A stretch of 64,000 nt of DNA from Ruditapes philippinarum (Eukaryota): NCBI RefSeq assembly GCF_026571515.1, contig NW_026859620.1, positions 186,001 to 250,000 on the forward strand, written 5' to 3'. The notes below the pieces were generated by a model. That model was not told the origin of the DNA. It did not search any database and worked only from the letters and a program-made list of their open reading frames with translations. Shown here piece by piece: positions 14,151-27,452 of the stretch; position 1 is the first letter of the stretch; each line of letters begins with the position of its first letter. A program made the translations under genes and the position numbers.

Positions 14151-17100
14151 AAGTTCATGAACATATTTTCTTTGTGAAAGGTCCTGAAAAACGTGACGCC
14201 AATGTCGGATTCTAGATAATTTTTAGTTTTTTATATAGAACTCAATGTTATATCTACATAGAAACATACGGCAAGTTAAGTTAAATCTATGTTACGAAGA
14301 GTTTGCCAGACTGTAACCCCTCAAAAAAGGTCATTTATAAACCGGATGGGATCTTTACAAGATACCCATTGGATCTGTGATCGGTTATTATCGGATATGC
14401 GTTCTTTATATCATATATATTTCACTATTTACGATTTATTCTATACAAATGGCTGTTTGCAACATCTTGAAAAGATATTTTAATGTATTTTAAATCATTC
14501 AGCTTGCATTAAATCAAAGAATAAAAATCTACTAACCACTTGCCGGGACCAGTATTTAGCATAAGAAACTGAGATAAACAATAGAACTAAAGCAGTATAA
14601 AACGAAATCTTCCCAATTTTTATGACATAGGCAGTGCATGTTTATGGATTAAAGTCAAATTTAAGAGTCGTAAATCAAATTTAAAACATATTCTTCTTAT
14701 AAATCAAGCAAGGAGAGCAGTTAACAAAAATGTGTACAAATACAAGTGAAGCAGTGCTTCGTTGCGTGATTATTAGATTAAATAGGCTGCGTATATATTT
14801 CCGTGTCTTGTTTTTGCTGCGTAAATAATAATTACATAAGCATATCAACAAATTATGTTTTTTTTTTCAGATTTAGATAACCCGCTTGAAACATACGTTG
14901 CTACTTTCGTTCGCAGTTTTGCAGCGAAAGTGTCCTCTAAGTGGATTATTATCAAATATTATATACCACACTCGCTGCACTTGCTATATACGTCCCAAAT
15001 GTTACACTGTTACATGAAATATTTTACGATGCAGGAAAACAACAATTATTATATACACGGGCGCGTGTCTGAACAGCAGTTTTCTGTTGTTTTGTTTGTT
15101 GATGTTGTTGCAATTTATTTCATCCTAGAACACAAACACGGAAAATCTTATGTTAAAATGATTTATAAATTTGAAAGATTTGTAGATTAGTTGTTGTATA
15201 TTGTATGTGTTTAATCTTAATACTATCATATACTGTAATGCGCATGTCCATTATCTTCCCGCCATTCATATTTATAGTATAAAGCACAGATAATTGAAAG
15301 ATAATATTATCTAACAGTCTATAAAATTAATAAACGGTATCGATTAAGAAATTATCAATGAGTCTACATGTGAAGGATTGTATTTGATCCAGCTATAAAT
15401 AGCTCCTAAATAAGGAGATCTTGTCTGCTGCAGAATTTGTACGTGAAGCTAAATCTGCCTGTTTGAGGTGGACCATCAGTATAATAGAGCCAAGCAACAA
15501 GCAAACAAAAACATGCGTGTAAAAGCACCGGTAGAACACATTATTTAGTAACAGTTTTGAAAAAATAGATGAAAATAGGTTTAGGAAAAAAAACGCTTTG
15601 GGACAGTCGTTGACAAAATCATATAATGACAATGTCCTCGATTGAGATCGAGTTAAATGCAATGCCAGAGTAAAAAAAAGCAGCAGAAGAGATGAGACAA
15701 AAGATAACGTTAAGGTGACTACCTTATTCCTTAATCGTATTTTCACAGCAACGCCGGAATTTTGGAAAAGTATGTTTAACAGATAGGAATAAATTTTGTT
15801 TTCATTGCCTGTCAGGCTTTATCTTCTTTGACATAACATTCGTATCAAGGATTTAGCCGTTATACCGTTGCGGTGCAGCCACGTTTATTTATCAAATAGT
15901 ACGACACCTCCCTCTTCAGAATTTTAGCTGCCGCGGACTGATACATGAGCCAGCTGGGCCAAAGTACGGCTAGAATTCCTTCCGCGTCGAGAAATGAAAG
16001 TGGCTAGTATTGGTTACAGGGGTATTAATACCCCCCGGCCTGTGTTTGTCAAGAAAATAAGTCTTAAAATGATAGTAAAGACGATTATGTCAATGTTTAA
16101 CATTGTATGGTTGTCATATGTTCACTGTTCTACAAGTGATTTTTAAACGCTTGCCACTTTAGGGACATTTTCCTTTTTCTAATGGGGCGAATGATTAGAA
16201 ATTAGTAGTCTATTGTAGTTACGAGTCATAATTGAATTTCGCGGAATGGTTTATCATGTTAATTTCCTTGATTTTATTTCTCACCAATTCTGATTTGTTA
16301 AGTCTTAACTGAAAATTTAAATACACGCACTCGTATAGAAATTGCATTTAGTTTATCTATATATGTTGCGCACGTGAATACTATCTCTGACAATGTGTAA
16401 AAAAAATCTTTGTTTACTATTTATTCCAATGGTTCTATAATTTTTACGAAAACAGCCAACAGAGGGCATATATACTCGTACATGTATTCACGTTCATAAA
16501 TTGTCACTGAAAATCCTAAAAAAAAATCATGCTTACAGACTGATAAAAACCGCTTCCTCGTAGCATATATATAAAGTGGGTTGATGAGTTGTTAAAGATT
16601 GAGCACGGATGGAATTCAGAAATTCACGTTATAATGTAACGTACGTAGAATGTGCAACGAGACCACCATAGCAGACGTTGTTGTAGGTAACCAATTCTAC
16701 CCCAAAGTACTCTTTTTCAAGTTGTTCAAGTTTACCTGCTCATGGAAAACACATTTGCCATATTTCAAAATCTATCAAGGCACATTCTCGCATAGTTTAT
16801 AATTCAAGAGATCTTTCCTGCTAGAAAAGAAGAAAAAAACATGAGAGAAAAACATAGCAGCCAACTGCGAAGAAAAAAAAAGAATGTTACGTGAATGAAA
16901 CTGTCTGGTTCACTTTGTTATAGAAATGTTTCTTCCTTAAAGTGAATGAAGATAAATGCATTGGAAAACGTTATGTGGCGGAGTCGTCATTTAATTATAC
17001 ACTTATGAAATTTATTGTCTACTGCTACACGAAACGCACAAATAATTAAACGCAGTATGCGTATCGGATCGTTAAACGTCATGCACGTCGCATATTTTAA

Positions 17101-17950
17101 TAACATCATGCAATCGCACGCGCAGAACGTACAGACATTTCTCTTGTCGGCCTTGGGTTTATGTCGGTCGATTGTTACTCATTATTATGCTATTTATAAT
17201 TGTTACGCCAACAAAACCTCAACGCTTGAGGCTTTTTTCACGTCTTCCCGGCTGACCTCCGTTTGTCAGCGCTGTCAACTTGTCGTATGTATTGGCAAAG
17301 TCGCGTTCCGTCAATCAAACGCTGACCTGTGACGTCATTCACGTAATCGTCTCAGGCATGCAAAGCCCGGAGGGAAGGATATAATTAGCTGAGAATATTT
17401 CGCTTTAAGGCAGGTCGGAACATTAAAAAGATAATTGCGACATTATTTCAGGTCGATATCTTCTAATGCCATTTTCCAATTGTGTCCCAATTTTAAGGTG
17501 TAGTTTATTGCACGACAGAAATACGCCTACGAAGCTCAGCGGAATTTAGCTGTTTGATAACGTCTGGTAAAATTAATAAAAATTCTTCCTGATAGTTTCT
17601 TTTACACACGTGGGAGAGTTCCGATCTAATTTAAGATCAAATGTAGACTAAGGTCATAACATTTAATCAAGGCGAACATTTTTAACTGATTTTCATCTGT
17701 AGTTCTATTTTCTGAACAGTAGGAAAATTATTTCTCGTAAGTATAACTGAATAAGAACTGTATATACTAACAGTTTAAGCAATATAAAAGGTATGTTTGT
17801 TAGCAGAAGACAAAAATAAGTCAGGCAATGTTAAATTGACATAATGAATTATACTTTTATTTGATATGTATACAAATAAATTGTACGCGAAAGTTAGCAG
17901 AGCGTCTAGTTTGTATTTTACTTCGTGATTTGTTTGTTCAGCATTCGTAT

Positions 17951-18026
17951 CATCGTCGGTTACCCACGGTTTATATTCCGTACAATGAAGTATGTACGGA
18001 ATATATACCTTGGGTAACCGACGATG
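17951..18026. mobile_element. 76-bp hairpin MITE with 9-bp TSD
   Basis: 34-bp arms CATCGTCGGTTACCCACGGTTTATATTCCGTACA / TGTACGGAATATATACCTTGGGTAACCGACGATG, flanked by direct repeat CATTCGTAT (17942-17950, 18027-18035). Confidence 0.75.
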
Positions 18027-19628
18027 CATTCGTATTAAAGATCATATTCTTACATATATTTGAGATTTTCAAACTATTATAGCTTGAAATTATGAAAAAG
18101 TATCAGTTTTGAATCGATGTAAGCGCTCAACAAATGATATGTACAGACGACATTTGATGCGACCAGAAGACATGCGACGCAATCAGACGACATGCTGAAT
18201 AAGCAGACGATAGGATGATACGCGATTCTAACATGAGACTTAAATTTATCTGAATTGAATACAGTCAAAAATGAGGTTCAATAACCGGATATTCGTATTA
18301 AAGGGAGTACGGGATATCCAGATCTTTTGTTGAAAGAAGGGCCAAGTATCAAATTACTATGCGTGCAGTGATACTAAAGAGTAGAATACGGCGACGGTCT
18401 AAAATTACGTTAAAATATCAAGATACTATAATATGCAATAATAATTGCTTTTAAAATGATAAAAAGGAAGTTGGTTTTTTTAATCCTATAAGCTATCTGT
18501 TTACAACACTTTTTATGTTGTAACAGAAAACTTGGGAAGTTTTTGTTTTGTTTTTTAATTTAAGAAAATGGCAATTTCTGCTTTATTTTCTTTTCATTTG
18601 TGCATGAATGCCATTAATTTAGAGAAGTTGTTTCATTTCGTTTTACATCACGTATCGACTTTGTGCAAAACTGTTAAAAGTAAACTTAAAAGCGACGTTT
18701 CAATTACAACCACGTGACATGTGCATAAAACTTGTGTTTTTCTATATCTCATTTTATATATGAAATAAACGAGCGGTTTGCATGTCAGAAGCACTATACC
18801 GGCAGTCGTTACAAAGACCCGACATCAGTGCTGTCAATAATAGATAAAGCTAGAAACATTTACAAAATCGCTTCTTTACGTGACAGTGAAAATTAAATTG
18901 TCTAAAATTTAGGCATTGGCAGATCGCCATTCCGCTAAGATGTCTCTTTACTTGGAAAGTAGTGAAGAGTTTGCATGCTGCGCAGAATTAGCGTGATGTT
19001 TTCCGGAGAAAATGGCGGACGCGGGCGCCATCTTGGCGGACTGTGTTTCGTGTAACGCAAGGGGACGGGTTCCAAACACGATCTTTGGAAAGTCTTCAGA
19101 GCCATATTTCCTGCTGTGGCGAAGCTGAATTCACGTTTCGCATGAACAAATCGCGTGATGTTATCAGCTTTTCCCAATGTTTGCTAATTAGGTTTAAAAC
19201 ATTCTGGGTTCTTTTTGCCTTTGATAAGGAATATTACACAATCGTTTTTATTTCATTACAATAATGCTTTAAGAAACATTAAATTGATACAATCTGATTT
19301 AAAGAAGAACTGATGCGGCATTAATTACCCTTTTACGATAATAGTTTATTAAACTTTTTTGCCAATCCGTGAAGTGCCCATTTACCGTGATATCTTGTAG
19401 TAATTGTCGGTCCCTCCTCGTTCTTATGTTAAATTAATTAAACATTAAAAAAGAGAAATGTGTTTTTTTTAAAGTAAAAAAAATGTTAGTGTTCAGTGTT
19501 GCTCTTTCAACGTAGTGGTCTAGTAACGCTGTGCCTGTGTCCGTAAAGGTGTTTGGTTCGGTTCGATTTGATTTGAGCCTCCATTTTGATGGTGTTTAGA
19601 CCAATATATAGTATCTTCATCATTATTA

Positions 19629-21026
19629 TTTTTTAACCAGGTTTTCCGAAGGAAAAAACTGGTTATTAGATTGAGGTATGTCGGCGGGCGGGTGGGCGGA
19701 TGGGCGGACGGGCGGGCGGGCGTAAACAATTTCTTCTGTGCGCAACTCCTCCTACATTTCTCAACGGATTTTGACCAAACTTTCACAGAAGCTTTGTCAT
19801 CAAGTGCCCTGGCGCATATTGTCGGGGTTTTGCGATTAGATAATATTTGACCTAATTATGGCCCTTTGTTTTTTTCCTTATATAGAATATATAGTGAACA
19901 ATTTCTTCTGTGCGCAACTCCTCCTACATTTCTCAACGGATTTTGACCAAACTTTCACAGAAGCTTTGTCATCAAGTGCCCTGGCGCATATTGTCGGGGT
20001 TTTGCGATTAGATGATATTTGACCTAATTATGGCCCTTTGTTTTTTTTTTCCTTATATAGAATATATAGTGAACAATTTCTTCTGTGCGCAACTCCTCCT
20101 ACATTTCTCAACGGATTTTGACCCAACTTTCTCAGAAGCTTTGTCATCAAGTGCCCTGACACATATTGTCAGGGTTTTGCAATTGGTACATATTGGACCT
20201 AATTATGGCCCTTTGTTTTTTTTTCATTATAGAGAATATTATAGTGAACAATTTCTTCTGTGCGCAACTCCTCCTACATTTCTCAACGGATTTTGACCAA
20301 ACTTTCTTAGAAGCTTTGTTATCAAGTGCCTGGCACATATTTTCGGGGTTTTGTGATTGGATAATATTTTACCGAATTATGGCCCTTTGTGTATTTTTTC
20401 CTTATACAGAATATAATAGTGAACAATTTCTACAGTGCGCAACTTCTCCTACATTTCTCAACGGATTTTGACCAAACTTTCACAGAAGCTTTGTCATCAA
20501 GTGCCATAGCGCATATTGTCGGGGTTTTGTGATTAGATAATTTTTTACCTAATTATGGCCCTTTGTTTTTTTTCCTTATACAGAATATATATAGTGAACA
20601 CTTCTTCTCTGCGCAATTCTGTGCGCAACTCCTACAATTCTCTAGGGATTTTGACAAAACTCTCGCAGAAGCTTTGTCATCAACTCTTGCTGCATGTTGT
20701 CAGGGTTATGAGATTTGATAATGTTAGACCTAATTATGGCCATTTATTTTTTTCCCTTATATAGAAATATATTGTTTTTGTTCCATATATAGAATATAAA
20801 GTGAACAAATTCTTATTTGCACACCTCTTCCTACAAACTATTTTGACAAACTTTCACAGAAGCTTTCTCATCAAGAGTCCTTGTGCATATCATCGGGGTT
20901 TTTGTGATTTTGGGTGGGCGGGCGGGTGTTCACTTTAAAACAAATGCCCCTGCATGACGAAGCTTCTGTGAAATATGAAACATTTTGCTGAAAACCTGGT
21001 TGCATCGCATTGCGATGTTCCTTGTT
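19629..21026 (+). mobile_element. Helentron/HINE-like non-autonomous element with about 6.5 tandem 172-175 bp monomers
   Basis: Starts in a T-run. Subterminal IR AACCAGGTTTTC / GAAAACCTGGTT, (GGGC)n microsatellite, monomer starts at 19725, 19897, 20072, 20247, 20422, 20597. 3' hairpin CATCGCATTGCGATG, then CCTTGTT. Confidence 0.8.
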
Positions 21027-21027
21027 A

Positions 21028-21034
21028 ATTATTA

Positions 21035-21106
<72 letters not shown>
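21028..21106. repeat. (ATT)n microsatellite
   Basis: Near-perfect ATT run directly after the HINE-like element. Confidence 0.95.
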
Positions 21107-21107
<1 letters not shown>

Positions 21108-23149
21108 AAGGTGATGTAATTTGATTAAACTTTTCTTTCTTTAAAGATTAATATCCCGTAAATCGCTGAGGTAATAGTATTGACATTCAGTGCATTTTTT
21201 TAATACTTTGTATAGACGTGTATATGGAAAGTTGAATGACCTTGACCTTTGATAATTTAAATTTATTTTAATAATGGATAGGAAACCAGTTATTATGCCG
21301 ATGTTGTTGTTTTCCCGACGTACTTGTTGCCATTTTTAACGTGTATAGTACGCGGTGGTTATGTTTTTACTACGATGTCTCGTGGTGCGTTCTTCGATTA
21401 GTTGTTTGTTTGTTGTTTGCTTTTTTTTGCAATTGAAAGGTGGGTAGAGATTGTGGTTTTATAAAGGCCAAGGTCACAGTCAGTGTGTTAATAATAGGTG
21501 CTTTATATGTATGCTTTCCGGTGATATTTTCGGTAAATTCGGACAGTGATGTTTTGTAATGTTTGCTTTGCCTGAACGCAGTCGCAACCTTTCGATCTTT
21601 TCCGTTATACTTCGATATAAATCGGCGAAGGGTTCGGTGAAGGTCAAATCATGGAAGGACATTTTATTGTGTTTTTGTTGCAATTATTAGTGAGTACTTA
21701 ATTTACGAGGAATGTCTTTACTATTTTAAAAGCGTTTGGATACTGATGTGAAGTGATGCCCCGAACGCTGTATATTTTGTAAAAAGAAATTAATGGCACT
21801 TGTTTAGTATAGGCCGTATCTTTCGGTATTACATTAATTTCTAACGTTCCAAACCGCTTATTTAAGAAATCGCGTTTTTTAAACATTTAATATAATTCTC
21901 GGTAAAATGAACAAAAATATGTTGAAATATTGCGGCCTTTAACATCTCTATATATTGAACTCGGCTGTTTCAATAAATCGCCACTAATTGCATGTTTTAT
22001 GTCCAATACGTCAGCCTTATTTCCGTAGTTTCTGTAATTATATAGTTTCTAAGATACGAGATGAGGCGGTTGCATGACGATGTCCATTGAAGAACTTTCC
22101 ATTGCATGCTTTCCCTCGTATTCAACTGATATTACAGGAATGAAATGAAAGAAACCATTTACTTTAGACTTATTATAGGACACCGTTATGACATAAACAT
22201 ACATTTTACTGTAGCTGAAAAAAAAGTAATTGTTTTATTGAAAGCCACGTGGTGTTTTTATGAGATAAAATGAAACTAAATGGCGCTGTTTGACATACTT
22301 ACGTTCTGCTTATTTTTTCATTACTATACGTGGAATATCGTGTTGCTAATTGTAACAAAGCCAATTTTCAACATGTACGCTGCGTAAAACTTTTTATGGC
22401 GCGAATCGTTTGATTTGTATTTTCGTATGGTCTTGTGTATTGGGTATGGTTGTCGGCTGTTAAACGCTGTCGTAATGATACTTAAACTGGAATGTTTGTT
22501 TCGTTGATATCAGAGTTTGTTATTGGTTTGATCAAAAATTAAAACACCCTGGGTATCTATGCTAGATAGTTTTACGCTCTTTTAAGCGGCTCATTGAATA
22601 CACTCCGTTAGAAAGTGAACGGAAGTGGAACATTCGACCGATGCGCGGGAGAGTACATGTATATGTCAGGCTACTGTTTTGGGAGTGACATCTCGCAACT
22701 GTGGGTGGATTTGAATGAACTAGGTCGTATAACTTTAGCTTATTTTGAAGTATTATTTCAAACAACAACAACAACAACAACAAAAAAAAGGAAATTTAAA
22801 ATTAAATTTCATTACTAACCCAAGATTCTTTTGTGGCTAAAATGTTTTTAATGCTTGAGTGCTGAACACAGATGTAATATTATATTTTTGTTGTTGATAT
22901 TTAGGAGTCTGTATTGCATGTAAACAAGTTGGGAATGAAGTAAACATGTCCTGTTATTATGTCACATGTGTTTTATGATGTTTTAGTTATACGACTTGAA
23001 AAAAAGAGAGAAATGTTTTCCCGCGGTTGAAAGTGATATCGCTCCTTACATAAAATGATATAACGCTATCATTTAAGGTGTTTCTTACAAAATTGAAAAT
23101 TGTTAATATCTAAGAGTTTACAAAATCCGTTTAATACCTTTTGATACGC

Positions 23150-24668
23150 TTTTTTATGCTTCCCGAAGGGAGAGCATATAGTCGCCGCCTTGTCCGTCTG
23201 TCCTTCTGTCCGTCCGTTGTCTTGTCCGGAGCATAACTTGAAAACACTTAGAGATAATTTGTTTAAACTTCACACAGTGGTAGAGGACATCGAGGCAGAG
23301 TGCAGTGTCAAAGAACCATAACTCTATTTTGCCCCGTTTTTGTATTATCTCCCCTTTTAGAAAAATCTTATCCGGGACATTACTCTAAAACTATAAGAGA
23401 TATCAACATGAAACTTTGTAGGAAGAAAGATCTCAATGCGTAGTTGTGCGGTGCACAGGAACCGTAACTCTGCCCTACCTTATTTTGGAGTTGTTGCCTT
23501 TTTGTTCATTTTAACTTTTTGAACATTGTCCGGAACATTACTTTAAAATTATAAGAGATATCAACATGAAACTTTGTAGGTAGATAGATCCCATTGGGTG
23601 GAAATGCAGTGCAAAAGAACCATAGCTCTGTTCAGCCCTGTATTTGAATTATCTCCCCTTTTAGAAAAATCTTGTCCGGGACATAATTCTAAAACTATAA
23701 GAGATATCAATATGAAACTTTGTAGGTAGAAAGATCTCAATGGGTAGCTGTGCAGTGGACAAGAACTGTAACTCTGCCATGCCTTATTTTGGAGTTATTG
23801 CCCTTTGTTCTTTTTTACATTTTGAACTTTGTCCAGAACATAACTCTTAAATTATAAGAGATATCAACGTAAAACTTTGTAGGTAGATAGATCTTATTGG
23901 ATAGAAATGCATTTTAAAAGATTCATAACTGCTCAGCCCCGTTTTTGAATTATCTCCCCTTTTAGAAAAATCTTGTCCGAGACATAACTCGATAATTATA
24001 AGAGATATCAACATGAAACTTTGTAGGTAGATAGATCTCAATGAGTAGATGTGCAATGCATAAGAACCATAACTCTGCTTTGCCAAATTTTGGAGTTATT
24101 GCCCTTTAATTATTTTTACACTTTGAACTTTGTCTGGGATATTACACTAAAATTATCAGAGATATCAACATGAAACTTTGTAGGTCAATAGATCTCATTG
24201 GGTAGAAGTGCATTGCAAAAGAACCATAACTCTGGTTAGCCCTGTAATTGAATTATCTCCCCTTTTAGAAAAATCTTGTCCAAGACATAACTCTATAATT
24301 ATAAGAGATTTCAACATGAAACTTTGTAGGTAGATAGATCTCAATAGGTAGATGTGCAGTGCACAAGAAACGTAACTCTGCCTTGCCTTATTTTGGAGTT
24401 ATTGCCCTTTGTTCATTTTTACATTTTAAACTTTGTCAGGGACATAACTCGGAAACCATAACAGGTATCAACAAGAAACTTTGTAGGTAGATAGATCTCA
24501 TTTATTAGAAGTCCAGTGCAAAGAACAGTTACTCTGCCTTGCCTTATTCTGGAATTATTGCACTTTGAACTTTGTCCAGGGACATAACTCTGAAACTACA
24601 AGAGGTGTACTTTCCTGTGTCAAAAACCTATTCGGGGAGCATCACCCAGTTCAAACCGGGCTCTTGTT
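23150..24668 (+). mobile_element. HINE-like element with alternating ~158/~146 bp monomers
   Basis: Subterminal IR ATGCTTCCCGAA / TTCGGGGAGCAT, (GTCC)n microsatellite, internal array, 3' hairpin, then CTCTTGTT. Confidence 0.8.
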
Positions 24669-25632
24669 ATTGTTATATTTCCAATATTATAGTAGCTGAT
24701 TTTAATCAGATTTGCTCTTGTGCGTTCGTCAGTCCATCAGTGTGTTAGTCACATCCATGTCTGCTTGCTTGATAAATTTTACGTTTTCAAGGTTTTCCTG
24801 TCTTCATACTTATTAAGGAGAATAATTATTACTAGTAGATGAATGCTCTAGATTGTGTGGTCATTATGTCAAAGGTCAAGGTCACAGTGACAGACACTTA
24901 ATGTGAAATCATTGTCTGCTTAATAACTTGAGAATGAATAAGTCTGGGTTTCTGAAACTTGGTAGGGACATTGCCCATGGTCTGTAGATGACCCCTATTG
25001 ATTTTGAGATAATTTTGGCCAGAGGTTAAGGTCTGAATGCTACTTAGTGGACACTTCTTGTCTGCTGAAAAACTTGAATGGGGGCCTAAATTCTCGAAAC
25101 TTAGTAGGAACATAAAGCTCATGATCATTTAACGCCCCTGTTGATTTTAAGGTCATTATGTCAAAGGTCAAGGTTACTGAGTGACAATTAGTGGTGGAAA
25201 TTCTTGTTTTATTTTAATTCTTCATAGTTCAGCATCATACATCTTGTACATAAATTGAACATATGATGCTCTGACAATCTTGATAAATTTTTAACTGCAT
25301 GAGACTTAAGATGAAAAATGTTGTTAATAACATTTAATATTGTAAACATGTCAGATATGGTGAAATAAAAGACTTCCTGATGAAAGCCTAGATTTGAAGT
25401 ATGGTAAATTTATACTTTAAAAAGTATCAAGTTTTGCTGTTTTGAATATTTGTAAGATATCTGGTTATATGGATGTCTACACCAGATTGCTAAAATGTAG
25501 TATTTTTAGTGAGATTTGATTTTAAGAAGTTTATAGTTTCGAAATATACTACAAAAGGTGAATAAAGTCAATGTGTGTTGACTATACAAGGTGCCTAATT
25601 GTCTTCCTCTAGACATCTATAAATAATGATTT

Positions 25633-25945
25633 TATGCTGTTTTTCCCCCATTTTATGATGTTTTCTTTTCATTTTATGCTGGTCTGTTTTCATTTAATGC
25701 TGGTTTGTTGTCAATTATGCTGGTTTGTTTTATTTTGGTTTGTTTTTAAGTATGCTGGTTTGTTTTCATTTATGTTGGTTTGTTTTCATTTGATGCTAGT
25801 TTGTTTTCATTTATGCTGGTTTTTTTTCATTTTATGATGGTTTGTTTTCATTTTATGATGGTTTGTTTTATGCTTGTTTGTTTTATTTTATGATGGTTTG
25901 CTTCCATTTAATGATGGTTTGGTTTTATTCTGATTTGTTTTCATT
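25633..25945. repeat. ~21-bp minisatellite (TTTATGCTGGTTTGTTTTCAT)
   Basis: Visible tandem repeats. Confidence 0.85.
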
Positions 25946-27452
25946 AAATATGGCATTTGATTGGTCAGAATTGATGCAGCACAAAATCTACTGAAGTACT
26001 CTTTAAGTCTTACTAATGAAAATACTGAGATTTGAAACAGAACTCAGAACAACAGTTTAATAACCTTGGTTAAAAACCGTCACAGACAAATTCTGAAAAC
26101 ACAACAGAGCCTGCTGCTTTTAAATGCAGATGGCGATAAAATGATTTTATTCTACAGCAATAAAATCAACCGTCGTTAAACAGTTGCGTACAATTTTATT
26201 ATCGCGAGCATGTCAGGTGGATGTTATTTATTATATATTATATGAGATTTTGTCACACAATATAATAATATAAAATCAATTTAGGGCTTCTCTCCAGTGC
26301 CATGACATTTTGGTCTCGAATTCATAGAATACTCCACCGTGTACTATCATATAACGATATTAATTTGAAAAAATAATTTCAAAGGAAGGAAAACAGCAGG
26401 TTTCTGTCTGCGAAGGTTTTTATTTAGAAGTGACATTTTATCCATGATTTCTCGACTGTTAAATGCAGTGTCATGAAAAGTGCCGTCTTTTCTTTTACGC
26501 TGGATTTTCTGTCCTTAGATCTCAAAGGGATTGTGTATATATGCATGTAATTGTATTGGAGAGTCATGGCATGTCATATATCAGACAATCTCCTGGTGGT
26601 ATTGACATGTTACATATGTCTTCTTTTTTTGTAGGTTCTGTAGATTAAATGTTTTTCAAGATAATGTAAATGATTTACATAGGAAATTGTAGCTCAGAAA
26701 TGAGTAATGTCAGGGGGGGGGGTTTTGTGTGTGTTTTTTTGTTGTTTTTTTTTCACTCAAACTTTTGTTATTTTGTAGAATAGAAGAAATATTGAAGATG
26801 CAAAATTCTAAAATAAAAGGAGATCCCAGCAGACCTATAAAAAAATATATGTGTACACTATTCAATTAATTAAAACCTGCAGACTCAATTTGAGTCTGAT
26901 GGTGAGAATTATGATATACTGAGTGCAGTAGATGTTGTTTATAATTTTAAAATGAGCTGGTCCCTCAAATAGTGACAGAGTTATGGCCCCTTGAACGGCA
27001 ATATTGATGCATATTTTGATTTATGTACATTAAAGCAATTTCTGAGTTTTGATTTATTTTCAAACAAATTTACATGCACATAGAAACTTGTATCACAAGA
27101 AGGAGCTGGAAAAAATGCTGAAAACATCATACATTACAAAGTGGATTAAGCCACTAAAAGAGCAGAAAAAGATGCCAAAATGTTTGTAAGATTTTTACGA
27201 CTTCATTTCCAAAATTGCGAAGTCTTCAAGTCAGTTTTGTATGTGGTGTTGAACTTTGTCCTGGAATGACCTTGAACTTGATCTAGTGACCTACTTTTTC
27301 ATAATAGACATTATGGCATTGTCTAGCACTTGTATTCAGGTGAAGGATCTAAGGCCATCATGGATTAATAGCCTATTTGTTTACACATTTTGTATGATCT
27401 TATCTAATTTCCTGGCATTTTATTTTTAACCAGTATTTTTATATATTTTCAG

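Noticed and set aside
14870-15190. Acceptor-like TTTTTTCAG followed by an open frame (DLDNPLETYVATF...) as a candidate upstream TALPID3 exon
   Set aside because: No recognisable TALPID3 similarity, composition like non-coding DNA, and no convincing donor.
19520-20764. Cluster of similar ORFs (MALCFF.., KVWSKSVEKCRRSCAQKK)
   Set aside because: Translations of tandem HINE monomers; no transposase or helicase motifs were seen anywhere in the window.
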